64,000 nt of DNA from Thalia democratica (taxonomy: Eukaryota), in NCBI GenBank assembly GCA_965202585.1, contig OZ241827.1:50282001-50346000 (forward strand), given 5' to 3'. The notes below the pieces were generated by a model. The model was not told the origin of the DNA. It searched no databases and saw only the letters and a program-made list of their open reading frames with translations. Numbering within the stretch: position 1 is the first letter of the stretch; each line of letters begins with the position of its first letter. Positions 53,301 through 64,000 of this stretch are shown piece after piece. Made by a program: the position numbers and the translations under genes.

Positions 53301-54895
53301 TTATCAATTTATTACTTTTTCTATTACCACACTTTAAGCTTTTCCATTGTCACATTCTACACCACTTGAGCCATTGTTCGTATACATTGTATGTGATTTT
53401 TGTTACTTGGGAGAAAAAGAAACAATGTTTTGTAATGCTTGGTTTTTTACTTTTTAAAACGTAACTAAGTTCGAACAAAACATTCAGTTTATTATTTTTA
53501 CTTTTTACTTTGTTCAAAAAATTAAACTTTAAAAAAGCAAAAAAAAAAGGTTTTATTTTAGACTCACTATTATTGCTTGAAGTACTTTTAAATGCGTCTA
53601 TAGCAAGTAAAATAACAACTGTAACAGGAGGACCATTGATATTTTATTTTTGAAAATATTTGGTTATAGATTTTAATTGGAACAATCAGTATAATGAGCG
53701 ATCACGCCAAGATGAGAACAATGAGCGAAAGTTTGAAAGTTCAAAACGTTCATGTAAACTAATTGCCCTGCTGATGAGCTTTTTAATTTACTAAACATAG
53801 CTAAAATAACACAAGCGTTCTTCTTTCAAACTAGAAACTTGACTCTTAAGCAGAACGTTTCCGAAAAAAGACTAATATACTTATTTTCGTTGCGATGCCG
53901 CGGTTTGAGTAACTCAATTAGTACACTTTGCCAGCATTGATAGGCATCTTAAACTCAGTTGAGCATAAACTTGTTTAGAAAAGAAGTCGTTGCGAAAAGA
54001 TAGCATCTGAGGAGGTATGAGAATATATTTTATCGAAAAGTAAATTTGTAAACACTGCAAATGACATGTTTATCAAAAAATAGAAGTATTCGGCTATTTC
54101 ATATAAAGCAAAGTTTTGCATAAAATACGGTAGACGGCAAAATTTATTAAAATAAAATTTTTACAAGTTTAATTACCTTAAAAGTTATTAATTAATAAAA
54201 AGTTCTCTTTTACCTTTTAAAAAGTTACTGTCAGAAATATTATTTTTACTAACTCGTTAAAGTAGCGACCGACGTCCTGAAGACTGCATTCAGTGTTCTG
54301 CTGCTTTTCAGTAGAGTCAGCAGCACAAACCGCCTTGTTATTCCTTCCATAGAACAAGGACACTATCTGTAAAGGAATAATGTAAAGTTTTAATGCGAGA
54401 GATTCATAGGTTTCTATGATCTTGTTAATTTTTAGAATCCACTTTTGAGACTAAAATAACTTAGTTACTTATATTCAAAGCATTTTAAAATCATTAAATT
54501 AAAAGTTACTACATTGTCTTTCAGTACCAAATAGCAAGATAAATATTTTTTTATTAACCAGCTGAATTTAACTACTTCGTTTCTTAATTTAATAACACAA
54601 ATGCTTACAGTACATGAGACTGAACGGTTTGAAATTTATGGCTGCGCTATTTTTTATAGCCTGTCTGGCAAAAATAGCTTTTACCCGCTTGCTTTTATCT
54701 TCGTAAATAATATAAAAGAAATTAATTTACGCTTTTTTTTAAATTTAGAAACAGCAGAACAGCAAGCACAAGTGTTGTAAATTCGATCTTGAAGGTTATA
54801 AATTACCTTTAGTTTCCTCGAGTAAGGGCAGGCGACTTTTGCCTCTTTCTCTCCTTCGCATATCGTCTTCGTCTTTGTCCTTGTGCAGTCAATAC
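31217..54895 (-). CDS. ADGRL: latrophilin / adhesion GPCR L (RBL-OLF-HRM-GAIN-7TM-PDZ motif); 21 exons reconstructed, about 1420 aa; signal-peptide exon not resolved
   Basis: The exons listed individually below join through GT-AG introns with consistent phases (4265 nt, ending at the stop at 31217). Each exon aligns by eye to vertebrate ADGRL1-3: CEG..CP, YGR, DPCP.TYKYL, F.CPGTL, DE.GLW, CG..Y, GPD.S.C, C..W, W...GC, C.C.HL|S, CWL, LGLTW, terminal TCL. Confidence 0.93.
33586..33706 (-). CDS. ADGRL: ADGRL exon: tail (QNHSQLQRMWTETV...TAPNR)
   Basis: ttaacag acceptor, gtacgt donor; matches the latrophilin RMWNDTV motif. Confidence 0.85.
34164..34328 (-). CDS. ADGRL: ADGRL exon: helix 8 and proximal tail (VRREYSKLFRKWCC...)
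   Basis: tttaaag acceptor, gtaagc donor; V..EY.K...CC motif. Confidence 0.88.
35463..35631 (-). CDS. ADGRL: ADGRL exon: TM6-TM7 (YGVRSTGSLLFILGLTWMFG...AYLFLILNVFLGFFVFFLYCILQGK)
   Basis: actgcag acceptor, gtgagt donor; LLGLTW.FG and AYLF...N...G.F.F motifs; frame differs from the ORF-track call. Confidence 0.92.
36866..37088 (-). CDS. ADGRL: ADGRL exon: TM4, ECL2 (CWL), TM5, ICL3
   Basis: ctcag acceptor, gtattt donor; G.P....., Y.....CWL, F..P motifs. Confidence 0.92.
38519..38775 (-). CDS. ADGRL: ADGRL exon: TM2-TM4
   Basis: tttcccag acceptor, gtcagt donor; LLH...LA.F.WL.LE and Y..GYG motifs. Confidence 0.92.
39117..39341 (-). CDS. ADGRL: ADGRL exon: GPS cleavage site and TM1 (WSTEGC...CKCNHL|SSFAIQV...SCVCLIICFTTF)
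   Basis: canonical GPS W-S-T-x-G-C...T-C-x-C-x-H-L-S; gtaatg donor. Confidence 0.93.
40246..40310 (-). CDS. ADGRL: ADGRL exon: GPS start (VTEGWKGNSEKRRCVYWKHNS)
   Basis: aaacag acceptor, gtaagt donor; supplies the GPS C-x-x-W motif; too short for the ORF track. Confidence 0.88.
41407..41582 (-). CDS. ADGRL: ADGRL exon: GAIN-B (YPRLSTIVMKHFGDFF...VDSDVVDIS...PIIVVLRHKK)
   Basis: ctttcag acceptor, gtgtgt donor; V.S.V..S and P...L.H motifs. Confidence 0.85.
41711..41872 (-). CDS. ADGRL: ADGRL exon: GAIN (GFEIVENNLITRVQ...AIIARFK)
   Basis: actgcag acceptor, phase-1 gtttgt donor. Confidence 0.78.
42207..42357 (-). CDS. ADGRL: ADGRL exon: GAIN (TLIEALNALTSKSSL...AVLIDRL)
   Basis: tttgcag acceptor, gtttgt donor; aligns with the helical GAIN-A segment. 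Confidence 0.75.
44822..44829. promoter_or_regulatory. perfect CRE palindrome TGACGTCA within a CpG-rich intronic island
   Basis: motif match only; another copy at 55182-55189. Confidence 0.3.
46254..46396 (-). CDS. ADGRL: ADGRL exon: GAIN subdomain A start (GDATAVEF...SMKLAK)
   Basis: open frame with matching phases; both boundaries have alternative candidates. Confidence 0.7.
46504..46620 (-). CDS. ADGRL: ADGRL exon: HRM end (AYWEC...WQSEGPDVSQC...)
   Basis: cttcag acceptor, gttggt donor; C...W...GPD.S.C motif. Confidence 0.88.
47497..47643 (-). CDS. ADGRL: ADGRL exon: S/T/P linker and HRM start (KPVPSTTKPTT...CPEQFRKGLLFPET...VSCGSKT)
   Basis: cttttag acceptor, gtagga donor; C......P.T......C HRM pattern. 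Confidence 0.82.
47918..48185 (-). CDS. ADGRL: ADGRL exon: olfactomedin end (QRWKT...VICGVMY...YDAMDRLLYGW...DDPKT)
   Basis: ccacag acceptor, phase-1 donor; W.T, CG..Y and Y...D..LY.W motifs. Confidence 0.88.
49999..50193 (-). CDS. ADGRL: ADGRL exon: olfactomedin (SARKAVAKYKL...SSDEDGLWMTY...LTVE)
   Basis: ttctaaag acceptor, gttaga donor; DE.GLW..Y motif. Confidence 0.88.
50348..50461 (-). CDS. ADGRL: ADGRL exon: olfactomedin (NCVTEQAF...VYDGYLFYYM)
   Basis: tttacag acceptor, gtgagt donor; VYDG.LFY motif. Confidence 0.88.
51036..51187 (-). CDS. ADGRL: ADGRL exon: olfactomedin start (VFECPGTL...GWWSKDP...)
   Basis: ctcacag acceptor, gttagt donor; matches VF.CPGTL and G.W.KDP. Confidence 0.9.
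51637..51749 (-). CDS. ADGRL: ADGRL exon: RBL end (AKNQTSY...DPCPETYKYLRIAYECVSH)
   Basis: tttacag acceptor, gtgagt donor; DPCP.TYKYL..Y.C motif. Confidence 0.92.
54254..54366 (-). CDS. ADGRL: ADGRL exon: RBL (IVSLFYGRNNKAVCAAD...NTECSLQDVGRYFN)
   Basis: tttacag acceptor, gttagt donor; YGR...C...NT.C motif. Confidence 0.88.
54807..54895 (-). CDS. ADGRL: ADGRL exon: start of SUEL/RBL lectin (IDCTRTKTKTICEGEKEAKVACPYSRKLK)
   Basis: ttaacag acceptor, AAG|gtaatt donor; CEG...CP motif. Confidence 0.85.
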
Positions 54896-57800
54896 CTGTT
54901 AATATAGTATAAAGATAAAACTTGTATTTTTATTAAAAAAAAAGCTAGCATTAAAAATTTTTTTGTAACATTTGAGTAAACAAATGAGCCTGCTGTTTGC
55001 TCGAGGTTTTTTATGTTTCAAAACCGGCACTCGTAAAATTTTCTCACCGTTTCAACTTTTTTGTTTGCGTTACGCTGGCATAAAAATGATAGGCAGCAGT
55101 TTTAGATTAAAGGATAACGGAGGGGACGAACGAGAACACTGACGCTGCTGTTTACATGCATTTTCATTCACACATCTAATATGACGTCACAGTGTTTGAT
55201 TTATTGTTCACTTTGTTTTCGGGTTAGACTGTTGTGATCAAGTAAGACATATGAATTTGTTTATGCTTTGCGCTATTATGCGTGTAAAGATGCGATCTTT
55301 ATGCATCTGAACTTGATTGAAAGTCGTTCATAACTGCTTGTTTCTTTTAAGCTGGAGAAAATGTTTATACTTTTATCTGTTTTCTTCAGGGTGTAAGTAA
55401 GGAAATGACTGTTTTACTAATTCTAAAGCTTTGGTTTCATAATTTTTTTGTTTGTTTAATACTATAGGGAAAAGTCTTTACAATAGAAAGTATGGTAAGA
55501 CAAAATGAGGTTTAAAAACAAGTAGTGCAAGACTCTAGTAAAAAGATAATAAAATGCAATTTTTTTCATTACAGTTTAAAAAAATAATTTGAGTTTGAAG
55601 TAAACTTATAACTTATTAAAATTTAATTTTCAAATTATTACATTGGTTAACTACTTGCTTTTTTTTTTGTGCTGGCTCATCATTATGAATAAAAAAAACT
55701 GTGAGAAATTTCTTCTCTAACAAAATATCATTTAAAGCAACTAGCTTTATGACTTCAAGTAACCCGGAAAATAAATTAAATAACCAGTCTATAAAACCTA
55801 ATAAATTTTTTAAAAAACTTTCAGGGTCGGTATTCTTAAAAATCCAGAAAAAAGGAAAAAAAAAAATTCTAACTGCAGTTTTAAAATTGCAAAGCTATTT
55901 TCGCAGCTCATAAATATGTTGTTGATTGTTGAAGTATAGGCCAACAGAATAAGATTAATCGTTTTTCATAGTTTGTTTTGGCACATGAACGCAGTGCTTT
56001 CAATGTTAGTTCAAATATAGCAGAGCACACGCGAGCGAACTTTCGATGGTCGAAGCCAAGCAACAGAGGTAACTGTTGCGCTTGCACCGGTGTTTGTGCT
56101 CTACAGTGGCTCTTATGAAAACTTGATGTTTATCGAATGTTTGTTTTAGATAATGGCCATTCTTCCTGTTTCACCTTAGATGGTAAAATTATCCCGGCAA
56201 GTTGATTGCTCTCAACTCCAACTGGCAACTACAAGTTTTCGCCCTTACTGACAAAAGGGGGCATATGCTCGAATTATTTATTGAAAGGAACGAGTGGAAA
56301 TAGTTTGAGTTTTTTGTTTGCTTTCTTTAAACTGTATGGTTACGCGGCTTTTGTTATGCCGGTTGAATGTGCTGTTAACTTAAAGATGAATCAAGTTTAA
56401 AACTAGCGAAAACGCTCATTAATTTTTCAATACATTTAGAAACAAAAGTTTTACTTACTTTAAAAAAATTGTAACCAAAACAGACTAAGCGAATTTTTTA
56501 TTTTTATTACAATAGGTTTATTAAAAGATAATGTTATTGACAATGATTTTTCGAAACATTAAAAGGTAAAAATTACTCAGCTTATGAAACGCTAAAAAAG
56601 CAACTAAAAGGTTTTATAGGGCTTACACGATGCTGCTTAATCGATAAAACCGCGCGGCCAGTCAACTGTGAAGCGCTGTGCTAACTTCAGCATTGAGGGT
56701 CTGCAGCCGGTGGCGCCATGCAAATGAGACCCGTCACATACGTCACAATTACCAAAACAAAACGGTCGCTTACAGAAAATCGCCAAATTTTTCAACGTCG
56801 ATAAAACGCAGATACGGGCTCGATCAGCGCCCAGATAAGTTTTTTGCAGAGTTTGAATGTTGTTTTTCAGAGACAACTGAAGTAAACAGTTTTGGCGCAT
56901 TAACAGTGTTTACCGAGATGAGATTTTTTATATCTTAATGTATATTACTTTTGTGAAAGTTTAAGTTATAAAGCATAAAGTCTACAAATTCAGTTTTTAA
57001 ATTAACAAAAAAAGATTCTCAAATAAGATTTAGTTTTTACTTCTCATTAGTTTTAATAATTCATCAAGTTCATTGTTTTGAAATATTACGTGAATTGTAA
57101 AAATATTTTTATCATAAAATAGAAAACAAAACATAAAAGTTTAAGAATACGTTACTAGTAAAATTTTAGTATTTAAAGTCTAATGAAATATCAAAACATA
57201 AGAAATAAAGAAAATCAAAATGTTTTCAGTTTTTAAAATATAAAGCTTTAAGAAAATTTAATTTGATGACTTTTTTCTATAAATAATTGGACATTTAAAC
57301 TTTACAAACCTCTACTGGAAAAAGTAGCAGCCAAAATTAAAGAAATAACTTCAAGGTGTAGAAAATTCATCTGTGCTCTTGTCTGTTTGCATTTACTCTT
57401 TTTATTAGTGTAATTAAAAACTAGTTCATCTGAAAGTAAAAAAATGCAAATAATTTTCAAGGTTAGAATATTTGTTTTAAAGGCAAGTGTTGTGATAAGC
57501 TACCTTAAAAATGTTGTACTGAAACGCTTAAAATTTTACTTTGAAACACAAGCTAGTTTAACATTTCTGTGTCATGAACAATTTTTCTTTTAGGCAAGAA
57601 ATTTTTCGAGCGCTCCGTGTTGGTAAAAAGCTAGCAAAGTTTCAAAGTGATGTTACAAAAAACACGCCCAATTACAGGATTATTAAATCCAAATCTTTTG
57701 ATTTGTCAAGGCATTCGCTACACACAAGCGCGTCACTTCAAGCTTTTTTTTTCGGTGTGGGAAAATTAAAGTCGACGTGACTGCGAGACTCGAATTAAAA

Positions 57801-60800
57801 GCACTTGTCAAAATACCTTTTAGAAAACGCTTTCTACACGGATCTAATAACAAAAATTGGTTTTGAAAACTGCTTTTCTAACTTGTGTAGCTATAACTTT
57901 TAACTAGTGTGTTTAAATGGTGTGTTGAAATCTTACTTAATAAAATACTTGAATGTTAAGGAATTCAATGTTATATTTTAATCAATAATTATAGCAATTT
58001 ATTATTCTCGTCAATGTGAAAGCTCGTTGTAAATAGACAAGTTTAAGTAGAAACCTTGGTTTTTAATTATGAAAACTTTTACATTGAATATAATATAAAA
58101 GTTTATACTCTAACTTAATATTATTTTTTTATAATTAATTACAATAAAATACAACAAAAACAATGTTATATTCATGTAAACTTGTTTTCGAACACATACT
58201 TTTCCCTACACGTAAATTTTATTGATTTAATTCGTATAGCTTTTTAACATGAAGCTTATGTTACTTTTTTTAGTTGATTACAACAAAGCTAATAGTAAAA
58301 CACGGCTAACATGTCAAAAGCTACCAACAGGAACTTGTCAAGCAAAATTTAACTAAAAGCTGACTATTAATGTACACCATCACCTTAATTGGTGTTATTC
58401 AGTCAACAATTAAAGCCCAAAGTAAACGCTTGTGATAAGACAGCAGGAAAACACAGATAAGAGCCCGCAATGGTTGCAACATTAAAGCACAAACAGTCAA
58501 CTTTTAATCTCGTCGCCAGTTTGACATGAAGTTAAATGAAACGGTAGACTGACTGAACGCTAATCTGAGAATAAAATATAAAACATTAATACCAACTTTA
58601 AATAAAAAAATCTCTTTTACAAATAACACTTCAGCAACTTTAATACAACTAATAAACTATTAAAAAATTGAAAGCAATCACTGTTTCTGCTATCTATCAT
58701 TATTTTAATAATATCCTGTAACCACATTATAATGCGTCCTGACAGCATATTAAACGAATTTCTCAAGCTTAATAAAGTTAAGCAGACTTTTTACGGACGG
58801 CAGAGACTCAAATCCCCTCTTAGCTGGCTTAAAGCAGTTGTGCTTGCTGGTGTACATGGGTGGTTGCGAGAGGTAAGCTCAAGCACCCCATTGTAGGCTA
58901 ATTAATAGGGAAAAGAACAAATAAGTCGAGTGGTAAAATAAATTAGCAGTGCACCTAGGTGCTTGTGTCTTTTGTGTGCTGGTTATCTACACAATAGCGG
59001 TTTTGAAAACGCACATACATACATAAGGAAACAATCGATTTTACAGCAATAAAACATGCTCTTTTGAAAGCCACTGAAAGCGGCCAAACACAAAAGAACT
59101 TTATGTAAACGGTAGTGTAGCATGAAGATTACAAATCGATTTTAATCAACGTTAATTACTTTGAGTGTTTTCATGAAAAATAATTGGTCGAACGAGGCAA
59201 GCTCTAATGATGCGGCACAAACTTAAACCGAAATAAAAAACCCAAAACAAATTAACGAAAATTAAAAGCTTCGGTTTGGTTTAAATCGAACAGGAAACGG
59301 CGCAAAAAAGTGGTAGGGTCGGCGACCTTAGCCATTGTGTCTGAACTTTAACTGCGTTGTAAAAAGCGTGTGCTCGCGCAGTCGTAAAATTGGGAAAGAA
59401 ACTTCGACTCGCTTTTGCGTGTATGTTTCTATTGCAGTCTCCTCTGTTTGGATTTGCTACTTGGCTAGTATTTTGCAAGCAAAGTCTTTTGACAACTAGA
59501 CAATTACCAATTACACGCCTTTCAACTTATGCTTTGCACCTGCAGAGAAAAAGCAAAAATGCTGCACTGTGGATTTGTTAGCAAAAAACACTAATAACAA
59601 TGCTACAACCAAATAATAAAGCTGAACAGAATGTTTAAACGAATGCCTGGTTTGTTTTCTTTTCTTTTTAAAACTTAACTTTAACAAAAAATCACTGTAA
59701 CTTGTAAAGTAACAAAACTAGTATACCTGCTTGCGCAATTTAATCGCCGGCAGAGAAATGAATAAAAAAAATTTTGTCTTGTATCATTTCTCTCTCAAAC
59801 GAAAATTATTTTTCTTTTCTCTCGCCTCCAAAAATGTTTCTTTCTCTTTTTGTCAAACCTATTGTTTGTTAAGATTATTAACTCGCAATTTTTTTAATTG
59901 TAGTTGTTCATTGCCAAAAATATAACATTTATTTTTTGATTCTTTTTACAAAAAGTATTTTAAAGAGAGTTATAAAAAAGTTTTTTTTTGAAATATAATC
60001 GTTCAATTGATGATGTTAATAAAGTCAAAGTTTTAAGCAAATTTTTTTAAATGTAAAACTAGAATGTATAACATTGTTTAAACAATTTCTCTAATACTTT
60101 TTTATACGGGTTTACAGGCTTATGTATAGTTTTTTTACAAAACATTGCAAAAATTATCAACAACTTCAAAAAAACTTTATACCCGTGGTATATTAATAGT
60201 TTAAACTCTTTCTCTGTTTGTTTAACTCATTAATTATGTACTTGAACTTTTTTTAGCGATATTAATAAAACAAATGATAAATAAAAAATAAATTATATGA
60301 GTCTTATCTTTTATAGCATTATAACAAACTTTTAAAGACCTGTATGTGTGAATTCCTATTTAAACTTAAAGTTTAAACAAATTTAAAGTTACCCAAAACA
60401 GTTTATATTTACTATAAGTAATTTTTCAAACGGTAACTTAGCAATTAAAGTTTTGACAATTTCTTTTTGTGATTAAAAAAGTAAAAAAGTTAATCTAAAA
60501 AAAAATAAACAAAAATTACAACAAAAGTAGTTTTTTAACAAATCTAAGTAATGCGATATCATATGTAGTCTGGTCACATCTTTAAAAACGTTTTAGACTG
60601 TGGTATAAGTATTTTAGTTTCAAGTATAAATATTCTAAAGTACACTATTACTTAAGATTACTAAACTTAATTAAGTTTTACTAAAAACTAATCCTAGCTG
60701 TTTAAAAATCAAAACCAACAGTTTATTTTTGTCACGACTATAATAAAAAAAATAATCGGAATAGTTACATTTTTATCTGACATTTTTTGTAATTTAAGTA

Positions 60801-61876
60801 CTGTAGTTTTAAATTGAATTTTTAGCTGTACATAGTCAGTTCTTTAAGAATCTATAATACAAGCTTATAGTCATTTCGTAAGAAAATAATATAAATTAAA
60901 AGTATTAAAGGCTATTTAAGTTTATGGTTCTTTGTTTGTGCTACTATTTTTTTTATATGAACTCGGTTTTATGGAAAAAATATTAGTTCACCACAGGTGA
61001 TACCTTTTTTAATACCAACTAAAATAGTTTTTTATCAGTTTTTTTCTTATGTTGAAAATTTTTATGGTAAAAAAAAATCAAAATAGTTAATAGCTTATTT
61101 AATTAAATACTAAGTTTTAATTTAATTAGAAGGTTTTTTTTTTGAGTAAAAAAAAATAACCTTAAAATATGTTTATATACCTTGATTCTTAAAAATCCAA
61201 TATAGTTGTTTACATTTTTATAAAAAAAAAACTTCTTTAAGTTTATTGAAATAAATAAGATTAAGAACTAGACTTTTCAAAAGTTGAAATGTCGATAAGT
61301 AGCAGTGGTAATTGGGTTCAAAACTGTATAAAAATATTTTTCAAGCTACTCTATGAAGCTATGAAAAAAATGGAACGATTAAAGTTATCAAGCAATTTAT
61401 CTAAATAAGAATTTTATTGATAAAACTTTATTGCGTGAGGTTTTGATAAGAAAAACGATAGAGCTGGTGGATAAAACAGGCTTGAAAGATTGGTTAATCA
61501 AATAAAAGCGGTGTTAATAAATCAAGAAGCTTAGACAGCAAAGCTATTTGTATTAATTACTTCAAAAAAATTCAATTTTCTAATTATGTATATAAAACAG
61601 TGTGAATTATACTTAAAAGCACTTTATAGGTAATTTACCACATCGTTTGGTATGTACAATGAAACAGTAATTTTAACTTTTTATATTTCATGTCATTAAA
61701 TAAAGTTTTCTTAAATAGCAGAACTAATTGAAACACTTTAGTCTAAAATTTTCTTTAAAAACTAGAAAGTTTTGAACAAGGAAAAAGTAAAAGTACAACA
61801 AAAAAGAAGCTTATTTGTTTAGTTTGAAAACGATGCATCGTTAATAAGAAATATTTTTATTCTTAAAACCGCTTAC

Positions 61877-62006
61877 AAAAAGTTCTACAGCGAAAAATAA
61901 TAAGTTTGATTGACTTATTTGCAGCCATTGTTGCGATGTAGCCCGAGTGTGTGATAAAAGCTAATATGAAAATAAAGGAGGGCTTTAGCACAGGTGTAAC
62001 TTTCAT
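61877..62006 (-). CDS. candidate first (signal-peptide) exon of ADGRL: MKVTPVLKPSFIFILAFITHSGYIATMAA...
   Basis: ATG after a cagcag acceptor-like site in a GC island; basic n-region and hydrophobic core. Phase-1 GT donors give exon ends at 61889 and 61877. The donor is uncertain. Confidence 0.3.
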
Positions 62007-64000
62007 ATCTGCTGTTTACAAAACTCTGCCGGCGGTGCCTTGTTACACTGCGCCCGCACATGTTGCTTTTGAAAACGATATTTTTGCCGAAGATATTCAG
62101 TTACAAGCAGAAAGTTAGACGCTAACAGAGTATTCACAATATAGTCGGTTGACAATTCGGTGGTAGGGTTTAACGCAAAGGTTACTTTCACGAGTTTGTG
62201 TTGACCTTTGCGGAAAAATATTTGATGTTGAAGCTCCTCAGTTAGTTTTAAGGGCGAAACATTTTGCTGCAGTTTAATGAATAAATATTTAACTTATAAG
62301 GTACTTGATTTTACATATATTTAAAAGTTAAAACCAAAAATATTAAAAAGTAGTAACAATTGGGAACAAAACACCGATATTATTTGAAAATAACTTTTTA
62401 TTGTTTCAAGTTTTAGATTTCATATAGTTTTAAATATAGTTACACTAAAACTTAACATTTTTAGTAATAATTCGTCGCACAACTAAGAGTAAGAGTTAGC
62501 AAATTATATTTTACATGCATGCAATTCCCGTTTTACTATTTTAGTTGTTTTTACAAAACCTAAATTTAGTAATGCTCCCTTCTGTAAAACCATATCATAA
62601 ACAATAGTTAAAGCATGACAACTAACATTTTTTTAGTTTTATCTCAATAGTTTTAAAATTACATTTGTTTTATAATTGTTTCAATAAAATTAAGATTTTG
62701 GTTTGCTCTAATGGGTATTGATAATGAAAAATAAATCACTTTTATTATGAATTTAGTATAAAGCTGTTTTGAAATAATGAGTATTAAACAATAACGACTA
62801 GAAATTAATAAAAAAAAGGTTTATATAAGCTTACAGACGTTTTTATAAAATAAAGTAGTAATGTCTAGTCCAAATACATGTTTAAAATGCTGTTTTTTTC
62901 AAATGTTGTAAGAGTTTTATTATTATGCTGAACTTCAAATACTTGATAGAAACATTTAAGTATAATTAAGATAAATTAAAAAATGTGTTAATTTCCCGAA
63001 ATATGAAAAAAATAAAGGTAAAAAATAATGAAATAAAACAAATAAAATTAATACTCTACTTTTCCTACAATGATAGTATTTTAAATTGAATTTTATGCGT
63101 TAATTGTCTGTATTATGTCTCAAATTTAAACTCCTATTATTTTACATACAATGGTTGAACCAAAACTAATCAAGATAATTTAAAATTTAAATTACTATTT
63201 TTTTAAGTTTATTGATTAAAGGCATACATATTTAAAATTCAATTGACAGGTTCTCGGCCTGATTACAATTTTGTTCGTGTACCATAAATAAATATAGCGT
63301 TAAGTGTGAGAAAGATGCTACATCGACAATAACATTTACACAATGCTAAGTCATTTACTGGGCGCTATATTGATTACAAAAACAGCCCAAACAACTTTTA
63401 TTAGCTTTAATTAAAGTTGAGGTCTAGATAACCATATTTTTATGCAAGAAGAATTTTAATAAGTTAGCATAATTTCTTTAACTTCTATCTGAATTGTCTA
63501 AAACTTAATCGCGTAAACAATTGTTTTTGTTATTTTGCTCAAGCTAAGTTTAAAAGTTACAATGTTAAAAAACTTAGTTAAGCATTAAAACTAATTTTAT
63601 TTATTTGAACCTTATATTAAAAATAATTAAAACGATCTGCTGAGACCTTTACAACTTATATCAATTACTTAAAAAAACATTGGATATTTTATTATTCTAA
63701 CATTTATTTAACTAAAATGTTTAAAAAACTGTTTTTAACAACAAAACTTTAAAAGTTTTTAAGTTGTTTTAAACAATTTTTTGTTACCAACAAAGCACAA
63801 GTTAGTGTTGAACTTAACGGTTTAAAAAGGTTAATGATTATAAATAAAAGAAAAATATAAAAATTGTAATTAAAAAAAACATATTTAAAAGTTCATTAAG
63901 TTATTTTACCTTAAAACTACCAATTTAGAATTTATTTCATTGACACTTTTTTCTTTTTTCTATTTATTAACAAAGCTTTAAAAAACCAAGTAAAAATATC

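Noticed and set aside
56637-56938. Cys-containing 87-aa and 86-aa ORFs
   Set aside because: No homology recognised and no phase-compatible splice sites to the lectin exon.

Overview
Eukaryotic (animal) genomic DNA, very AT-rich, with GT-AG introns. Three protein-coding genes are supported. (1) A 4-exon, somewhat divergent beta-tubulin (+, 2628..5555, 446 aa). (2) An intronless NIT1-type nitrilase/deaminated-glutathione amidase (-, 13945..14802). (3) A large latrophilin/ADGRL adhesion GPCR (-), rebuilt by hand as 21 frame-consistent exons from 54895 to 31217 (about 1420 aa): SUEL/rhamnose-binding lectin, olfactomedin, HRM, GAIN/GPS, 7TM and a PDZ-motif tail. Its signal-peptide exon is unresolved, with a candidate near 62.0 kb. 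The 1-30.9 kb part is CpG-poor and littered with DNA-transposon relics (hAT elements with 8-bp TSDs, a mariner-like transposase pseudogene, foldback MITEs, and a MITE family with apparent 6-bp TSDs). The latrophilin locus instead carries many CpG-containing intronic islands. The vertebrate-type latrophilin architecture in this genomic setting suggests a non-vertebrate chordate such as a tunicate (inference only). I found no clearly new multi-gene system. The most promising leads are in the latrophilin: a cryptic stop-containing micro-exon at the position of vertebrate splice site A, a candidate tail cassette exon, paired cysteine loss and gain, and altered tethered-agonist and 7TM motifs.
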